Positions 18,908 to 30,220 are shown, counted from the first letter of the stretch. The stretch is 64,000 nt of DNA from Promethearchaeia archaeon (GCA_029856145.1 JAHQWK010000022.1:61422-125421), one strand, 5' to 3'. The notes: generated by a model not told the origin, from the sequence alone. Program-made: numbers and translations.

Positions 18908-20674
18908 TTATTTTTTATATAGTGGGTCAGCTTCTTGCAAAACACGTCTCTGAACCTTTCCTAAGATACTCTTTGGGACTTCGTCGATTATATCGATTAT
19001 CGCAGGACATTTCCATTTTGTCATATTCTTTTCGGTCCAAGCTATTAATTCTTCTCCAGTAATTTTACCCTCGTATCCAGGTTTTAACGAGACCCATGCT
19101 TTTGTGATTTCACCAACTTTACCTTTAGGATCGGGTAAACCAGCAACCGCAGCTTCTGAGACTGCTTCATGGCTCATAAGCATGGTTTCTACTTCTGCTG
19201 GGAAGACCGAATGTCCTGCAACTTTAATTAATTGTTTCTTTCTGTCTCTTATAGCTATTGTTCCATCTTCACTCATAAACCCAATATCACCAGTTAGAAG
19301 CCATGTTCGTCCATCCCATTTTTTTAACGTATCTGCTGTTTCTTCTGGCTGGTTCAAATATCCTTTCATAACTTGAGGTCCGCAAACACAAATTTCTCCA
19401 GTATTTTCCTCTCCAAATTTTGACCCTGATAAGCCAACTGCTATTGGTCCTTTCTCAAAATCGTCCGTATCAAAGATTCCCCAATCAGTACCAGGAAGTG
19501 GCATCCCAATGGTTCCAACTGGACTTTCACCGAACAGACTCCCCGCACTTACAACAGGACTTGCTTCTGAAAGCCCATATCCTTCTACAATTTTTCCACG
19601 AGTATTTTCTTGGAATGATTTCTGTACAGGAGCATGCAAAGGCCCAGCACCTGAAATACAGAGTTTTAACCTACCCATTAAATTCGGAAACTTTTCTAAA
19701 TTTGGAAAATCCGCTATCCTCTTGAATAATATTTCAGCACCCGCATAAAAGAGACCTTTTGGAGCATCAATATGTGTAATTTCTTTTAAAAAGTCACCTG
19801 TTGGTGGTGGTCTTGGAAAAAGCATCATCCAACCTCCCAAACCTATAGCTGTATTCATAACTGCTGTCATTGCAAATGAATGGTACAATGGAAGCGCCCC
19901 GATATCGCCTATTCCAGGGTCTTCACCACCTACCCATAAAACACATTGAATTGCATTAGAAACTAAGTTGAAATGTGTTAAAACTGTTGCTTTAGGAATC
20001 CCCGTAGTTCCACCAGTCATTATAAATGTAGCTATTTGTTCAGTTGGATCAATTTCAACTTTTGGAAGATCGGGTTCAGCATTTAGAAGATCTAAAAATT
20101 TAATAGCACTTGGAAAATCAACTTTTCCTTTTGGTATCTTACCAATCATTTTTCCTAACCCTTTCTTCAATCCTGATAAACCCGAAGCTAAATCAGCGAT
20201 GTTTGTATAAATTACCATCTCAATATTAGTCTTTTTAATGATTGGACGTGCTAATTCTCCGTATAATGCATCCAAGGTAATTAGTACCTTTGAATTAGTC
20301 ATTTTAAGTTGATGCAATACTTCTAAAGGTTTGTAAGTGGGATTTATACCTGTCGCAATTGCTCCTAATTTTGCTGTTGCATAAAAAGAAATTACATACT
20401 GAAAACAATTTGGCATTAAAAATGCTACAACATCTCCTTTTTTCACACCTAATTTATGGAGTGAAGTTGCTAAAGAATCTATAGCTTGCCCTGCTTCCTC
20501 GTAAGTCATCCATGATTCAATAAACCACATCATCTTTTCATTTGCATGCTTTTGTCTTTGCCTTTCAAAAAATTCTCCTAATGAAATATTTTCAAACTTG
20601 TGATTCTTAGGTGTTTTTTCAGGCCACCATTTCTTAAACCATGCTTTTTTTGAGTCAACTTGCCATTCTGACAT
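18908..20674 (-). CDS. Long-chain fatty acid--CoA ligase (AMP-binding family)
   Basis: MTGGTTGIPKA, EGYGLSEASP, GPQVMKGY, LTGDIG, DRKKQLIK, PKSILGKV. Confidence 0.93.
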   Translation of the reverse strand: MSEWQVDSKKAWFKKWWPEKTPKNHKFENISLGEFFERQRQKHANEKMMWFIESWMTYEEAGQAIDSLATSLHKLGVKKGDVVAFLMPNCFQYVISFYATAKLGAIATGINPTYKPLEVLHQLKMTNSKVLITLDALYGELARPIIKKTNIEMVIYTNIADLASGLSGLKKGLGKMIGKIPKGKVDFPSAIKFLDLLNAEPDLPKVEIDPTEQIATFIMTGGTTGIPKATVLTHFNLVSNAIQCVLWVGGEDPGIGDIGALPLYHSFAMTAVMNTAIGLGGWMMLFPRPPPTGDFLKEITHIDAPKGLFYAGAEILFKRIADFPNLEKFPNLMGRLKLCISGAGPLHAPVQKSFQENTRGKIVEGYGLSEASPVVSAGSLFGESPVGTIGMPLPGTDWGIFDTDDFEKGPIAVGLSGSKFGEENTGEICVCGPQVMKGYLNQPEETADTLKKWDGRTWLLTGDIGFMSEDGTIAIRDRKKQLIKVAGHSVFPAEVETMLMSHEAVSEAAVAGLPDPKGKVGEITKAWVSLKPGYEGKITGEELIAWTEKNMTKWKCPAIIDIIDEVPKSILGKVQRRVLQEADPLYKK

Positions 20675-20810
20675 CTTTTTTCACATTTAAATTGTTCTTA
20701 TTGGATAATATATAAAATTTTTATATTAGAACACTAGGTAAAATTAGCTTAAATTTATAAAGTTTATAAAAAATAACAACGATCAAGACACCTAGAATCA
20801 ATTCTTATAA

Positions 20811-21596
20811 TTATGAAGCTTTCTTCAAATCAAGTATTTTATATAACTCTTTTAATCTTGAAATTGTCTTAAAAGGTTTTATCTTCAAATATTGGTTAAT
20901 ATTCTCTCTTGCTTTTACTTTTACTACGCTTTTTGAATAATAATCATTACCAATCAATCTTTTCTTAAAGCTCTGACGTTGAATTAAAATTGGTTTAATA
21001 CCCGTATTTAGAGCACCCTCAATATCTTCTTTACTATCACCAATATATACAACTTCTTGGGGTTTTAATTCAAACTTTTCAAGAGTAATATGAAAAATCT
21101 GTGGATCTGGTTTTTTAACACCAATTTCTCCTGAAATAGCAATAAATTTGAAGTATTTTTTGAGTTTGTACTTAGACAAAATTGAGTAGAGATAAGGGGG
21201 ATGATCAAAATTAGAAATTAACGCAAGAGCTTTATTAATTCTTAAAATTCTTAATAATGGAAGTGCTTCTGGATCAATCTTTACATACTTATGCCAAGAA
21301 TTAACACAATCATTAGCTATTTTTTTTATCTCATGTGTTTCAAGCTCTAAACTTAAATCCAAAGCAAAACGCCTAATCCTATTCTCATAAATAGTTAAAT
21401 TTTTATCCTTCTCTATGGGTTCTTCTCTTGTAAAAAAACCATTACATACATTTGCAAAATCTCTTTTTGATAGATTTAGGCCATTGTTTTTCATGAGTCT
21501 ATAAAATGTTGACAGCCAATTGTTCCATGCTTTTTTGTTATTTTTAGGTATTAATATTGTACCATAAAGATCAAAAAAAACCCCTTTTATCAGCAT
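20811..21596 (-). CDS. HAD-superfamily hydrolase
   Basis: FFDLYGTIL, ISNFD, KKPDPQIF, YIGDSKEDIEGA. Confidence 0.92.
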   Translation of the reverse strand: MLIKGVFFDLYGTILIPKNNKKAWNNWLSTFYRLMKNNGLNLSKRDFANVCNGFFTREEPIEKDKNLTIYENRIRRFALDLSLELETHEIKKIANDCVNSWHKYVKIDPEALPLLRILRINKALALISNFDHPPYLYSILSKYKLKKYFKFIAISGEIGVKKPDPQIFHITLEKFELKPQEVVYIGDSKEDIEGALNTGIKPILIQRQSFKKRLIGNDYYSKSVVKVKARENINQYLKIKPFKTISRLKELYKILDLKKAS

Positions 21597-21737
21597 AATC
21601 GTTAACTATGGTAATTCTTTTTAATTCATTAAAGAAGTCTGGTTTTTTAAAGTATCTAAAAATTATAATAATAAAAAATAAATGATACAAATAATACGAA
21701 ATATTTAGAGTTTGAATAAATAAAAATTAGAAAAATT

Positions 21738-22100
21738 ATGACTTGTATTCACGGATTAGATGAAATTAATTGCCCCACTTGCCGAATTTTAAAATCTGCA
21801 ATACCATTAAGGGGGATCAAATTAAGTAAGTTAGCCTTTCCGAAAATTAATGATTCTCTTTCTAGAAAAAATATGAATCTTGAAAAAAAATTAATAGATG
21901 ACATAACTTTTAAAAAAGGAATTCCGCATCCTCCTAATCTTATTTCCAAACCAAGTTTTATTAATGAAATTCCTAATTTTAGAAATGAATTATTCTTAGA
22001 AAGATCTAAAGATCTCGATATAACTAAAGAAGATAATTACGGAATCACTAAAAAAATTCCTCTCGAAAGCCCAGAATGGAAATTTGAGGAAGAAGACTAA
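21738..22100 (+). CDS. Hypothetical protein with N-terminal CxH...CxxC putative zinc site
   Basis: MTCIHGLDEINCPTC. Confidence 0.7.
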   Translation: MTCIHGLDEINCPTCRILKSAIPLRGIKLSKLAFPKINDSLSRKNMNLEKKLIDDITFKKGIPHPPNLISKPSFINEIPNFRNELFLERSKDLDITKEDNYGITKKIPLESPEWKFEEED

Positions 22101-22216
22101 GTTCCTCTTATAAATTTTATATTAGTCTTTAAATCGTTTCTTACTTATTACATTAGTATTTTAAGGGATTATATCATTATAATAAATTAGAACTTCATCT
22201 TTGAAATAATTAAGAA

Positions 22217-22876
22217 GTGAAACTAATGGCACAAATGGAAATTACTTGGCTTGGACATGCTGCCTTTAAATTAAAAACTCATAGTGGAAGAATTATTTAC
22301 CTTGATCCTTACCAAATCAAGAAAGGAGAAGAGAAAGCAGATATAATAGTTTCAACACATTCTCATGGGGATCATTTTGATTCAAGTAGTATACAAGAAC
22401 TTATGAAGGATGATACTGCTCTTATAGGCCCTGAGAGTATTGCTAGCAGTTTGCAAAAATTTGATGGAACACCACTGAAATTAGGAGACTTGTTTGACTA
22501 TAAAGACCTTTCAATCGAGCTAGTTCCAGCTTATAATATTAAAAAACCAAACCATCCCAAAAGAAATGAATGGGCAGGAATTATAGTAACCTCAGAAGAT
22601 AAAAGCGTCTATCATGCAGGAGATACCGAACGAATCCCTGAGATGAAAGATTTAGCAAGTCGAAACATAACTGTTGCTCTAATGCCATGTGGTGGAACAT
22701 ACACAATGGATTTTGACGAAGCTACTGACTCAATTATTGATGTAAAACCCGAAATTGCAATTCCAATGCATAATTGGGGCAAAGATTTAACTAAGTTTAA
22801 AGAACTTCTAGAGAAAAAAGACCCTAGTATTAATGTAGAAATACTAGAAGAAGGTGGCGAACCCCTAAAAATCTAA
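22217..22876 (+). CDS. Metallo-beta-lactamase-fold hydrolase (UPF0173-like)
   Basis: WLGHAAF, THSHGDH, YHAGDT, IPMHNW. Confidence 0.92.
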   Translation: MKLMAQMEITWLGHAAFKLKTHSGRIIYLDPYQIKKGEEKADIIVSTHSHGDHFDSSSIQELMKDDTALIGPESIASSLQKFDGTPLKLGDLFDYKDLSIELVPAYNIKKPNHPKRNEWAGIIVTSEDKSVYHAGDTERIPEMKDLASRNITVALMPCGGTYTMDFDEATDSIIDVKPEIAIPMHNWGKDLTKFKELLEKKDPSINVEILEEGGEPLKI

Positions 22877-22999
22877 ATTTTATTTCTTTATAATCACTCT
22901 TTTATTTTACTTATTTTTTCAATTCTCGCTTTAAGAATTATTTAATAATTCTGATAAATTAATTATAGTTTTATTAACAAATACAACCTAGTACAATAT

Positions 23000-24265
23000 A
23001 TGTCGAAAGTTGACGCTTTTATAAAAAAAAAAGATGAAGAATACGAGGAAAAAACTCTCAGATCAAAAAAATATCAATGGTATATTGTAATATTCATGGG
23101 TTTGGTGGGTTTTCTTGATAACAATCTGAACTTAATGGAAGCACAAATTACTTTTGATATATATACCTATTATAGTATATCTCCTATAGATTTTGCTTTT
23201 TGGCAAGGGATTTTTGGGATTTTTACATTTTCAGTCTTTATTTTGGCTTGGTTTACAGATGCTTTTGGGAGGAAAAAAGGAATTTTTATCTTATTGCTTT
23301 TAATGGGTATTCCAGCATTCTTGATGCCCTTCTTGGCAGTTAATATTTGGATTTTTTATATCCTATATGCTATACTTATTACTGGTACTATCAGTAATAT
23401 GTGGGAGATTCCAGTTAGCGAAGAATCTCCTGCCAAGAAAAGAGCTACATATGGAGGGATTGCAACCTTAATAAGTCTTATACCAATTTATGCCCTTTTC
23501 GGAGATGATATTGCAGCTGCTTGGGGTTGGCAATGGAGCTATGGAATTTTCTTTTTTGTCATGTTAGGATTATTAGTTCTATTATATTTTATGAAAGAAC
23601 CTCAACGATGGGTTGATGCAAAAGAAGAACGAGGACATGAATATCTCAAATTTAGAAAAGCACTAAAATCATTCACTAAAAAAGATTGGACATATGCTTT
23701 AATGGCATTCGTAGTTTATGGTATCTGGGCAATTGGTTTAAAAGTAGGAAATGCTTGGGGAGAGCATTATTATACAATTGTAAGAACTGTATATTCTCCT
23801 CAATTATCTTGGAATACTATTATATTAGTTGCAGGACTGATGATCTTACTTGGTGCAATTATCTCGGGAATAATAATGGATAGAGTCTCGAGAAAAGTTA
23901 CTTTTATTGTTAGTTGTTCTGGTTCAGTTTTAGGATTTGTTTTATTGGGAATTACAGGATCTCCTATTGCTATGTGGATTGCTTATCTATCTATGGCTAT
24001 TGTATTTACCTGGATTATGGTTTATTTTACCGAAATATTTCGAACAGAAATTAGAACTACAGGGATGGGTATAGCTGCATTAGGTTCAAGATTATCATAT
24101 GTTTTTGGACCTTTATTAGCTTCAGCAATGTTAGCAGCATTTCCAGATATGGTAATGTTTTGGGTTATACCAGGATTACTGATGATAGTACCGCTATTCA
24201 TATTATTTCTGAAACCTTATGAACCAAAGGGTAAAACTTTAGAAACAATTCAAGAAGAAAGATAA
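23000..24265 (+). CDS. MFS transporter
   Basis: DAFGRKK and DRVSRK loop motifs, EIFRTEIRTTG, EPKGKTLE terminus; about 12 TM. Confidence 0.9.
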   Translation: MSKVDAFIKKKDEEYEEKTLRSKKYQWYIVIFMGLVGFLDNNLNLMEAQITFDIYTYYSISPIDFAFWQGIFGIFTFSVFILAWFTDAFGRKKGIFILLLLMGIPAFLMPFLAVNIWIFYILYAILITGTISNMWEIPVSEESPAKKRATYGGIATLISLIPIYALFGDDIAAAWGWQWSYGIFFFVMLGLLVLLYFMKEPQRWVDAKEERGHEYLKFRKALKSFTKKDWTYALMAFVVYGIWAIGLKVGNAWGEHYYTIVRTVYSPQLSWNTIILVAGLMILLGAIISGIIMDRVSRKVTFIVSCSGSVLGFVLLGITGSPIAMWIAYLSMAIVFTWIMVYFTEIFRTEIRTTGMGIAALGSRLSYVFGPLLASAMLAAFPDMVMFWVIPGLLMIVPLFILFLKPYEPKGKTLETIQEER

Positions 24266-24468
24266 TAGTAAAACGTTGAAAATATTAAATATTTAAATTA
24301 TTTTTATTTTTTATTTTTATTTCTTAATTGTTATTATTTAATTCAAGCTAAAATGTTCTATCAATTTTTTATAGGGATAATATTTTAAACTATGAATTTT
24401 AAAAGTATTATATAAAAATCGAAAATATCAATAATTTTAGCTAAATATAGTGCAATATGTGAAGAAAA

Positions 24469-26193
24469 ATGGAAGTCGATGAAGATTTAAAATCAAATAC
24501 ACGTGTAGCATATATTTCCATGGAGATAGCTGTTGATTCAAACATCCCTACATATAGTGGAGGTTTAGGTGTATTATCCGGAGACACAGTAAGATCAGCA
24601 GCAGATTTGGAAATACCTATGGTTGGAATTTGTTTATGTTATAGTTCTGGATATTTTTATCAATTTTATAATGAATTTGGAGAACAAAAAGAAAAAGAAA
24701 TTGCATGGAATTTTTATTATGAGTTTGAGAAAGTAGAAAAACCGATTACTTTGAAAATTGAAAACAAAGATGTTCACGTAAGTGCTTGGTTATATCGAGT
24801 AATAGGACAATCGGGTCATGTACTTCCAATTTACCTTCTAACTACTGATGTGGAAGGAAATGAAGATTGGATGAAAAAAATGACAGGTTCTTTATATGAT
24901 AGTACAAGTCGCTGGAACAGAATAGTTCAAGAGATGATTTTAGGAATTGGAGGTGTTAAACTTCTGAAATCATTGGGGTATAATAATATTGAAACCTACC
25001 ACCTTAATGAGGGTCATGGTTCTTTTGCTACTCTTGAGTTATTTAATGAATTAGGGAGTATTGAAAAAGTAAAAGAAAAAGTTGCATTTACGACACATAC
25101 ACCTGTACCCGCGGGGCATGATCGCTTCAAACAAGATTTAGTTGATAAAGTTTTTAAAAGTAATATGCCAAAAGAAATTTGAAAACTTGCAGATGATAAT
25201 GGAGAATTTAATATGACTTTTTTAGGCATGGCTCTATCAAGATATTGAAATGCTGTAGCACGAAAACATGGAGAAATCTCAAGAAAAATGTTCCCTCAAT
25301 ATGAAATTGACTATATTACTAATGGTATCCACTTGCCTTTCTGGGTTTCCAAACCTTTCCGGAAGATGTTTGGTCGAAAATGGCCAAATTGGAGGGCAAA
25401 TCCTTCTGTTCTTGAGAATGCAATAGAATTAGATCCACTTGATATCTTTGATGCTCATATTGAAAACAAATTTAACTTAATATCATATCAGAAAGGCCAT
25501 TCATGGAATTTATTAGATGAAGAATTAATTACGATTGGTTTTGCTAGGCGATTCGCAACCTATAAAAGAGCTATACTAATCTTTCACGATATTGATAGAC
25601 TGGGCAAAATAGCGAAAGATCACATTCAATTCATATTTGCAGGGAAGGCACATCCTAAGGATCAGATGGGAAAGGATTATATAAAGAAGATTCATCAATC
25701 CGGAGAATACTTATATGATAATTATGGAGTAAAAGTTGTAATGATGGAGAATTATAATATGGATCTCTCTCACAAATTAGTGTCTGGAGTAGATATTTGG
25801 CTTAACACACCTAATAGATATCGTGAAGCAAGTGGCACAAGTGGAATGAAGGCTGCCCTTAATGGAGGACTGAATTTATCGGTCCAAGATGGATGGTGGT
25901 TAGAGGGTTATAAAAAGAATCACCTCGCAGGATGGTCAATTGGTCCAGATGATTCCAATCCTGAGGATCCAGGGGTTTCAAATGATTGGGATATTGATTC
26001 AAACGCTTTATATGATATTCTAGAAAATCAAGTTATCCCTACTTACCTAAACCACGATGAGTGGCTCTACAAGATGCAATGCGCTATCTCGCTAGCGGCA
26101 TATTTCAATACTCACAGAATGATTCTCGATTACGCAGAGAAGGCTTATCGGTTAAAAAAACAGAACCCCTGGAAGTTTGAGCCAATTTCTTAA
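24469..26193 (+). pseudogene. glgP: Alpha-glucan (glycogen/maltodextrin) phosphorylase interrupted by two in-frame TGA codons
   Basis: Single frame of 574 codons with TGA at 25180-25182 and 25246-25248; YSGGLG, HLNEGH, FTTHTP, FARRFATYKR and EASGTSGMKA motifs intact. Confidence 0.88.
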
Positions 26194-26276
26194 GTTCTTT
26201 CATAGCCCTGAAAATATGTGAGATAAAAAATTAATATTTTTACTTTTTTAAATTTTCTTCTTTATAATTATTATAC

Positions 26277-26801
26277 TTAAGAATTTCCACAATTGAGTAA
26301 TTTAAAGGGACAGATTTTAATATAATCATCAAATCTCTGTTGATTCAGAAAATCCTCTAAGATTTGTTTTAAAATAGACTCCATTGTATTAACCCCTGAA
26401 ATTAAACCATCCATATCTTTTGATAACAGTAGCATAAAATCTGAACTTGTTTGAAGATAAAAACAACCAGAATTTAGTTCAAGATCAGAATGTTCTTTAA
26501 GAAGCTCGTTAGAGTTTTTAATTGTTTCTGAAGTAGTTAATAGAACCAGTAAAAAATTATCCGAATATTCTTGCTTTAAATAAGAGTCTCTTATACCCGC
26601 AGCATGTAAAGCAATTTTAGTGTAAGATTTAATTAAATACTGGAGGCGAGTTAGCTCCTTTCTAAATTTGCTTTTATTATGAAAAAACATGAATTCATTA
26701 CTTAATTTTAACGGCTCTTCATCAAGATATGTTATCTTGAGGGGTGGTTTTTCAAATTTAAATTCTTTGAGGAAAGTCGACATTTTAATTAATAGACTCA
26801 A
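26277..26801 (-). CDS. Stand-alone GH20 domain-2 (zincin-like)-type protein
   Basis: GCFYLQTSSDFMLLLSKDMDGLISGVNTMESILKQ resembles the hexosaminidase N-terminal domain pattern; no catalytic barrel. Confidence 0.55.
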   Translation of the reverse strand: MSLLIKMSTFLKEFKFEKPPLKITYLDEEPLKLSNEFMFFHNKSKFRKELTRLQYLIKSYTKIALHAAGIRDSYLKQEYSDNFLLVLLTTSETIKNSNELLKEHSDLELNSGCFYLQTSSDFMLLLSKDMDGLISGVNTMESILKQILEDFLNQQRFDDYIKICPFKLLNCGNS

Positions 26802-26891
26802 TAGTATTATTTAAGTATAGTAAATTTCATTTAATAAAAAACTTCATTATTATAGCTTGTAAGGTAACAACGAGAAATAAGTATAAAAATT

Positions 26892-27881
26892 ATGAAATTA
26901 GGAACACTTAATTTAGAAAATAGGTATATATTAGCGCCTATGTTAAATGTCACAACCGCTCCTTATCGGAGATTTTGTAGAAAGCTTCAAAAAGTGGGCC
27001 TAGTTTATGTTCCAATGCTATATACTAAAAATATTGAAAAAAATCCTAAATCTTTAGAAAAAGAATTATTCAAAATTGAAGAGGAAAGCCCCATTGGTGT
27101 TCAACTAATCGGTTCTGATCCTAATGCACTGAAAAAAACTATAGATCATCTTGACAGTTATAAATTTGATATACTAGATTTAAATGCAGGATGTCCATCA
27201 AAGAGGGCTATAAAAGCACAGGAAGGGGGATATTTACTGAAGGATTTAGAAAAGTTGAGTGTTTTAATTAATACCGCTGTGAAATACTCTTCTAGACCAA
27301 TTTCACTAAAAATCAGAATAGGTTTTGAAAGACCAATTAATACTCAAAAATTAACACAAATAATAAACGATTCTGGAATAGATTTATTAATAATTCATGC
27401 ACGGACTGTTTTAAGTAAATTTAATCATGGAACATTAGATCTAGATACAGTAAAACGTATAAAAGAAAAATTAATGGTGCCAGTAGTTGGAAATGGTAAT
27501 ATTATCAATCCTATAAGTGCTAAACATTTTATAGACTATACTAATGTTGATGCATTTATGATTGGCAGGGAATCAATGGGAAATCCAGAAATTTTCAATC
27601 AAATTCATGAATATTTAGCAAATAATAGGATAGTCTCTTTTAAAAATAATAGAGAAACAATGGAAAAATATGTCAACTTTTATGAAAATACCATTGATGA
27701 GTTCCTTAACGGAATTTCCCATCCCGTAGGTAATGAACTAATAAAATTTTTTGAATTAAAAAGAAATGCGATATGGTTATCAAAAAATATTAACAAATCC
27801 ACACAAATAAGAAACCAACTAAGTAAAGTTAAAAACCTTATTCAACTTAAAGAGATTTTAAACATATTTTTTAACTCTTAA
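26892..27881 (+). CDS. dus: tRNA-dihydrouridine synthase family protein
   Basis: LAPM, VQLIG, DLNAGCP, SLKIRIG, IHART, VGNGNI, MIGR. Confidence 0.92.
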   Translation: MKLGTLNLENRYILAPMLNVTTAPYRRFCRKLQKVGLVYVPMLYTKNIEKNPKSLEKELFKIEEESPIGVQLIGSDPNALKKTIDHLDSYKFDILDLNAGCPSKRAIKAQEGGYLLKDLEKLSVLINTAVKYSSRPISLKIRIGFERPINTQKLTQIINDSGIDLLIIHARTVLSKFNHGTLDLDTVKRIKEKLMVPVVGNGNIINPISAKHFIDYTNVDAFMIGRESMGNPEIFNQIHEYLANNRIVSFKNNRETMEKYVNFYENTIDEFLNGISHPVGNELIKFFELKRNAIWLSKNINKSTQIRNQLSKVKNLIQLKEILNIFFNS

Positions 27882-27910
27882 TCTTAAAAAATAAAATTAG
27901 TAAGTGTTTT

Positions 27911-28138
27911 TCAAAGTTTTTTTATAAAATATAGGGCTATCAATAAACATGCCAACACTCCACCTATAATAGAGGAAACAATTAAAATTAGACTAATAAT
28001 TTCAATAGCAGATAAAAATAGAGGACTTCCAGAATAATATACATTTGCTACTACTGAAATAATAATGAAGATTATTAGACATAATATTGTTAATACCGTA
28101 CTAAGCAAACCTACTTGAAGATATTTTTTCCGTTCCAT
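27911..28138 (-). CDS. Small two-TM membrane protein
   Basis: 75 aa, two hydrophobic segments, GAGG upstream of ATG. Confidence 0.7.
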   Translation of the reverse strand: MERKKYLQVGLLSTVLTILCLIIFIIISVVANVYYSGSPLFLSAIEIISLILIVSSIIGGVLACLLIALYFIKKL

Positions 28139-28182
28139 AATATAAACCTCAAAAAGCGTGTATAAAAAATAATTTAAAATGA

Positions 28183-29205
28183 TTATTTATACTTTTTCAA
28201 GAGATCCTCAGGACTAAATACTCCATCTTCAGTAATTATTCCTGTTACCAATCTAAACGGAGTAATATCAAAAGCATAATTCAAACACTCTACTCCATCA
28301 GGAATAATTTGAACCTTTCCCAGTATATTACTAACTTCTAAGCTATCTCTTTGCTCAATTTTTACATCGTCTACAGTTTCGTGAAGAGATAATGTTGACG
28401 TTGGAGCAGCCACATAAAAAGGTATATTATTATCTTTCGCAGCTAACGCAACTAAATATGTACCAATCTTATTGAAAACTGCATCAGAAGTTACTCGATC
28501 AGTTCCAACTATAACTTTATTTATTTTTCCCAGTCTCATTATTAATCCAGAGGATGTATCAGAAATTACTTTTACGGGAATTTTATCATATTGTAGCTCA
28601 TACGCAGTTAATCTCGCTCCCTGTAATCTAGGTCTGGTTTCATCAGCAATTACACTAATATTTTTTCCATCTTCAATTGCAGTTCTTACAGGTGCGAGAG
28701 CAGTTCCATATTGAACTGTTGCTAGTGAACCAGCATTGCAATGCGTCAAAACAACATCTCCATCCTCCAATAAAGTAGCTCCATTTTTGCCAATATTTTT
28801 GTTAACATTGACATCCTCTTGAGCCATTAATTTAGCTTCTTCAATGACAAGTTCTGATAAATTTGAAGGATTATCTGGATATGAACTAACAATTTTCCAA
28901 ATTCTGTCAATAGCCCAAAAGAGGTTTGAGGCAGTTGGTCTTGTGCTTCTAATTCTCTCAGCAGCTTCTTCCATTTTTTTTAGAAATTCAGATTTTGGAA
29001 GTCCCTTATATTCAATCGTGGCTAGTGCCATTCCCATTGCTGCCGCAACACCTATAGCTGGGGCACCTCGGATATTCATAACTTTAATTGCAGTCGCAAC
29101 ATCTCTATAATTGGTAAACTCAAGGAATTCAAGTTTATGGGGAAGGATCGTTTGATCAATCATTTTTACTTTATTATCAATCCATTCAATCGTCGAAGGA
29201 ATCAT
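28183..29205 (-). CDS. mtnA: S-methyl-5-thioribose-1-phosphate isomerase (eIF2B-alpha-like family)
   Basis: DQTILP, IRGAPAIG, RPTASNL, THCNAGSLAT, DETRPRLQGARLT, NKIGTY, FDITP. Confidence 0.9.
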   Translation of the reverse strand: MIPSTIEWIDNKVKMIDQTILPHKLEFLEFTNYRDVATAIKVMNIRGAPAIGVAAAMGMALATIEYKGLPKSEFLKKMEEAAERIRSTRPTASNLFWAIDRIWKIVSSYPDNPSNLSELVIEEAKLMAQEDVNVNKNIGKNGATLLEDGDVVLTHCNAGSLATVQYGTALAPVRTAIEDGKNISVIADETRPRLQGARLTAYELQYDKIPVKVISDTSSGLIMRLGKINKVIVGTDRVTSDAVFNKIGTYLVALAAKDNNIPFYVAAPTSTLSLHETVDDVKIEQRDSLEVSNILGKVQIIPDGVECLNYAFDITPFRLVTGIITEDGVFSPEDLLKKYK

Positions 29206-29344
29206 AAATATTTAGAATCTTACAATCCTTAAAAATTAAATTTGAAATTGTTTATATGCTTAATTGATATATGAAGAACTTTTTTTGGTTAGTTCTAAAG
29301 GTATTGTGAATAAAAAGGATTTATAAACAAAATTGATTAGATAT

Positions 29345-30211
29345 ATGAATATCCTAAAATCCCCTATTATCTCTTGTAGCCGCAGAACAGATATCCCCGC
29401 ATTTTTAATGGATTGGGTCGTTCAACAGATAAAGATTGGCTACGTCGATGTAGTAAATCCTTTTAATCGAAATCAAATATCTCGTATTTCTTTAAAACCA
29501 GAGGATGTTAAATGTTGGGTTTGGTGGTCAAAAAATTTTAAAGATTGGATTAAGACATTTAATGAAACTGAAAATCTATTTAGAATGTATAAAGGTCATT
29601 CCTTCCAATTTACAATTAATTCACCTTCTGAATTAGAGAATAATGTAAAAATCTCTTTAGAAAATAGGTTTCAGCAATTAGAATGGTTGATAAATGAATT
29701 TGGTTTATTAGCTGTTAATTTTAGATTTGACCCAATAATTCTATACAAAAAACATAACTCTAAGATAATAAAAAGTAATCTAGACAAATTTGAATACATT
29801 ATTAAGAATATTTCAGCCCTTGGGTTGAAAGAAATGATTTTTTCTTTTGCAACGATTTATGAGAAAGTAAAAACTCGTATGAATGCTAGGGGTTATACTC
29901 CAATTGATCCCCCTATTGAACGAAAAAAAGAAATTCTCACCAAAATGATTGAGATATGTTCTAATTACGATATTAAAATGAATGCTTGTTGTCAACCAGA
30001 CTTAATTAAAATAAACGGTGTTGAGCAAGCACATTGTATTGATGCTTATAGAATTGAAAAGATTGTGGGGGGGCAAATCCCCAAAATAAGAGATACTGGT
30101 CAGAGAAAGGATTGTGGATGTTTTAGAGCAAAAGATATTGGAGGTTACACTGGAATTTTTCGGTGCAAGCATAATTGTGATTATTGTTATGCTTCTCCAG
30201 CAAAAAAATAA
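29345..30211 (+). CDS. DUF1848 family protein (radical-SAM-like)
   Basis: ISCSRRTDIPAF, FRFDPI, C-terminal GQRKDCGC...DIGGY...CKHNCDYCYA. Confidence 0.9.
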   Translation: MNILKSPIISCSRRTDIPAFLMDWVVQQIKIGYVDVVNPFNRNQISRISLKPEDVKCWVWWSKNFKDWIKTFNETENLFRMYKGHSFQFTINSPSELENNVKISLENRFQQLEWLINEFGLLAVNFRFDPIILYKKHNSKIIKSNLDKFEYIIKNISALGLKEMIFSFATIYEKVKTRMNARGYTPIDPPIERKKEILTKMIEICSNYDIKMNACCQPDLIKINGVEQAHCIDAYRIEKIVGGQIPKIRDTGQRKDCGCFRAKDIGGYTGIFRCKHNCDYCYASPAKK

Positions 30212-30220
30212 GAAATGAAA

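Noticed and set aside
24469-26193. Genome-wide UGA reassignment (genetic code 4/25)
   Set aside because: Many intact genes here end in TGA at the expected position, and Trp is encoded by TGG throughout.
28183-29205. Eukaryote-like eIF2B subunit
   Set aside because: The catalytic HCNAG cysteine and phosphate-binding RGAPAIG/RPT motifs indicate the MtnA isomerase branch of the family.
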